The position numbers and the translations under genes are program-made. Shown piece by piece: positions 61,347 to 64,000 of a stretch of 64,000 nucleotides of DNA. The notes beneath the pieces were generated by a model. The model was not told the DNA's origin. It was given only the letters and a program-made list of their open reading frames with translations, and did not search any database. This DNA is from Oculina patagonica (taxonomy: Eukaryota), in assembly GCF_052425735.1 (NCBI RefSeq), contig NC_135760.1, forward strand, positions 21,762,001 to 21,826,000, given 5' to 3'. Positions within the stretch are counted from its first letter, which is position 1. Every line of letters starts with the position of its first letter.

Positions 61347-61356
61347 AAGTCTTAAA

Positions 61357-61838
61357 GAGGGGGGTATTGGGGCCTGTAAGAAACCGAAAAAACCGCACAA
61401 AAAATCATACAAAACCGAAAAACCGAAGTGAATTTCGATAAAAACCGATAACCGAACATTACATTCCAAATTCCGAAGCTGTAACCTTAATTGGTACCTC
61501 GAGATTTTAAAAGAAGGAAGAAAGGGATTTTTAAGAAGTCTTGGCATTACACTGCTCTAACTTGCAATTTAAACATAAAAGCAGGTTTTCTTTCTACCAG
61601 CATGATCTCAGAGAAACTGTTAACCAAATTGGAAAAACCGGAAACCAGAGCAAATACCAAATCCGAAAAACCGCTAGTATTTTTACCGGAAACCGAAAAC
61701 CATATGCTAATAGAAGGAAAACCCGAAAACCGAAGAAGGCACCAAAATCGAAAAACCGCGGTTTTTTGTTGCAAAAACCGAAAAACCGATCTAAAAAATG
61801 GCCAAAACCGAGAAACCGAAAACCCCAAAGTCCCCCTC
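61357..61838. mobile_element. MITE with GAGGGG...CCCCTC ends, 6-bp TSD cttaaa, internal aaaccgaaaaaccg repeats
   Basis: TSD at 61351-61356 and 61839-61844; the empty paralogous site aaaagtcttaaaagattg is at ~58842. Confidence 0.88.
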
Positions 61839-62734
61839 CTTAAAAGATTGATGTTGAATTTCGAAATCAATAACCGTTTTTTTTTTTGGTATCAAAGTAG
61901 AATGGAAGGTTTTGTAGCCCCAAGTTGTTTAACTGTTCGGTGGATTTTGCATGCCTAAAAGGTTGAATTAAATTAAAATGCTGTGTAGTAAACACGTTGT
62001 TGTGTTTCAAAACCCTTCAAATCATTTTGGACGGATATTATTACTGTCACGCATGGCTAGAAGTCACGCAACTCTCGTACTTGCGCATTTTTTTTTTCAT
62101 CAGCCGTATCATCACTTCACGATAGCCTGTGTACAGCCGTCCCGCTCCGCTCAATCCCCTCCGCAATTTTTTTGAGCGGAGCGGGACGGCTGTATACACA
62201 GGCTAAATTATGTAAGACCCCTTGTGAAATGTCATTGCTCCTGCATGTATTGCATGCCATTTATTTAATATTGTTATTGGAAAAGCTGGAGCGAACAGAA
62301 ACCAATTGCAACAGGCGTTACTCCTCAATTAATTAAGAACAAAGAAAATTCTTTAAGACTTGGCTTTTGTCTGCGTTTTAATACGAACTCAGGCCAAAAT
62401 TTTTAAGCCTCGGCACGCTAGGTCCGTACTGGAGAGGTCAGGATTTATTTTGCAAGTTCGCTTCTGGACAATTTGACGATTGAGGAAATAACAAAAAAAG
62501 CGCCCGCCCGCTCATTTTTTAATAGAAATCCGGACGAGGATGTTTTTTTTTTTACTTAAAGTTGTTTATAACAAAGACTGTTTACTTTAGTTAATCCAAG
62601 CCAATTAAAGTGAGATCCAAGTGCCTTACGTTATTCTCTAAGATCTCATGTGACATCTGTTTGATTTAAAGGCCAAACACAGCCTTGGTTTAGTAGGTCA
62701 TACGCTAGATGTCAGGAGATTTCAGGTCAGAATA

Positions 62735-63433
62735 ATGAAGGTGATTTGTGCAGGATTGGCAAAAACAGGAACCACTAGCCTAGCCGAAGCTTTGCAAGTT
62801 CTTGGATACAACGTGTACGATTACAAAGAACATCTTCAATTTCACAGACAAGAATGGCTGGATAGCTTTGAGACTGATCGCCATCCCAACTTTAAAGAGA
62901 TCTACGAAGGCGTCGACGCTGTAACCGATGTTCCGCCAGCTTTTTGGTTCGAGGAGATTTCAGCTGCCAAGGTTATCCTGACAGTTCGAGATTCCGAGGA
63001 CGCTTGGCTGAAAAGCCGGAAAGGACATCTTCAACTGCCGGCTCAACTGCCTTTCTATGTTAAGATTCTGTTCATCATCGTACCTTGGATGAGAAAACGC
63101 AAGCATTTTATCGACACCTTACGCCGAGCGATATATGGAAGCACCAATCCTGAAGCTACAGCTCTCTACAGGGTGAAATACCGCCAACACAACGAAAGAG
63201 TTCAGGCCGTTATTCCCGCAGAAAAGCTTCTTGTTTTCAATGTTAAACAAGGGTGGAAGCCATTGTGTGATTTCCTTGGATGCGATGTACCTTCCATTCC
63301 ATTTCCTCGAGCAAATGTGGCCTATTCGGTCGCCAAGAAAAAATTGTCACGGCTTGGCAGGACCGAGGCCTTCGTAATTCTGTTCGTCGTATTACTTCTT
63401 GTTGCTGCTTTTGTTGTTCGCATTATCGGTTAA
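62735..63433 (+). CDS. Sulfotransferase-family protein copy 8 (12-nt in-frame deletion of VFPE)
   Basis: Open 232 aa; EEISAAKVIL versus EEISAVFPEAKVIL in the other copies. Confidence 0.8.
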   Translation: MKVICAGLAKTGTTSLAEALQVLGYNVYDYKEHLQFHRQEWLDSFETDRHPNFKEIYEGVDAVTDVPPAFWFEEISAAKVILTVRDSEDAWLKSRKGHLQLPAQLPFYVKILFIIVPWMRKRKHFIDTLRRAIYGSTNPEATALYRVKYRQHNERVQAVIPAEKLLVFNVKQGWKPLCDFLGCDVPSIPFPRANVAYSVAKKKLSRLGRTEAFVILFVVLLLVAAFVVRIIG

Positions 63434-64000
63434 ATACTGCCATGAAGAATTCCGAAATCACGGATAATATATACCCGTCGTTCGTTTTTTTTAATCAACT
63501 GAGCAGAAAAGGTTTTCCCGCCCGGGAAGGTTTTAAAGCTAACTGTGGTGGATTTATAGTCATTTTATATGCTTAAAAGGTTGAATTGATTAAAATATTA
63601 TGAAGTTATAACGTTGCTGGCGTGGGCGTATACAGTGTATAGAAGACCCCCTGTCATTTTGGAACAGTTCTTTTAATTACTGTCATGCATGGCTCAAAGT
63701 CACGCAACAAAAACACATGACACAGTCTGTGTTTATTTTTGTGCATTGTTTAATTTTACCAACTGTATAATCACTCCACGACAAGTACAACAGATAAAAT
63801 AAAATAAATAAATTACTATATTTAGAGAGGAAGCCACATCAGCGCTAGCTGGTTTCGACTTTTTTTGCTTGTTTACAAGCAAAAAGAAGTAGAATAGCGT
63901 TTACATGGGCTAAAATCTGAACCGAAAGGGATTGCATTCTTGTTAACTCTCAAGGGACTGTTTTAATTTCTCAAGGGAATACTTTCCGCTGTGGGTGATC

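Noticed and set aside
61491-61958. 155-aa Lys-rich ORF and overlapping ORFs
   Set aside because: Products of the aaaccga repeats in the 61357-61838 MITE
32212-63576. Recurrent short antisense or alternate-frame ORFs within each sulfotransferase copy
   Set aside because: They recur only because the genes are recent duplicates

Overview
Eukaryotic (animal) genomic DNA with spliceosomal introns; gene content and repeat style suggest a stony coral or related cnidarian (inference). Left half (1-30 kb): two head-to-head Tbx1/10-class T-box paralogs. The minus-strand copy runs off the left edge; the plus-strand copy is complete with 7 exons. Right half (32-64 kb): a tandem array of eight intronless, C-terminally anchored P-loop sulfotransferase-family genes (5 intact, 3 damaged), heavily invaded by nested transposons. 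The centrepiece is an apparently intact 6.85-kb tyrosine-recombinase (DIRS-order, PAT-like, ALOG-domain) retrotransposon at 37387-44233. Its gag, pol and YR ORFs do not overlap. Each begins exactly at a phase-0 polypyrimidine/TAG acceptor and can be joined in frame to one shared ATG leader exon, and the first intron holds an array of about 14 short hairpins. I infer an alternatively spliced, retrovirus-like expression and packaging design. It sits inside a 10.5-kb TIR DNA transposon (8-bp TSD) whose decayed ORF combines NHL repeats with a transposase-like C-terminus. All boundaries and counts were made by eye; family names rest on motif recognition, not database searches.
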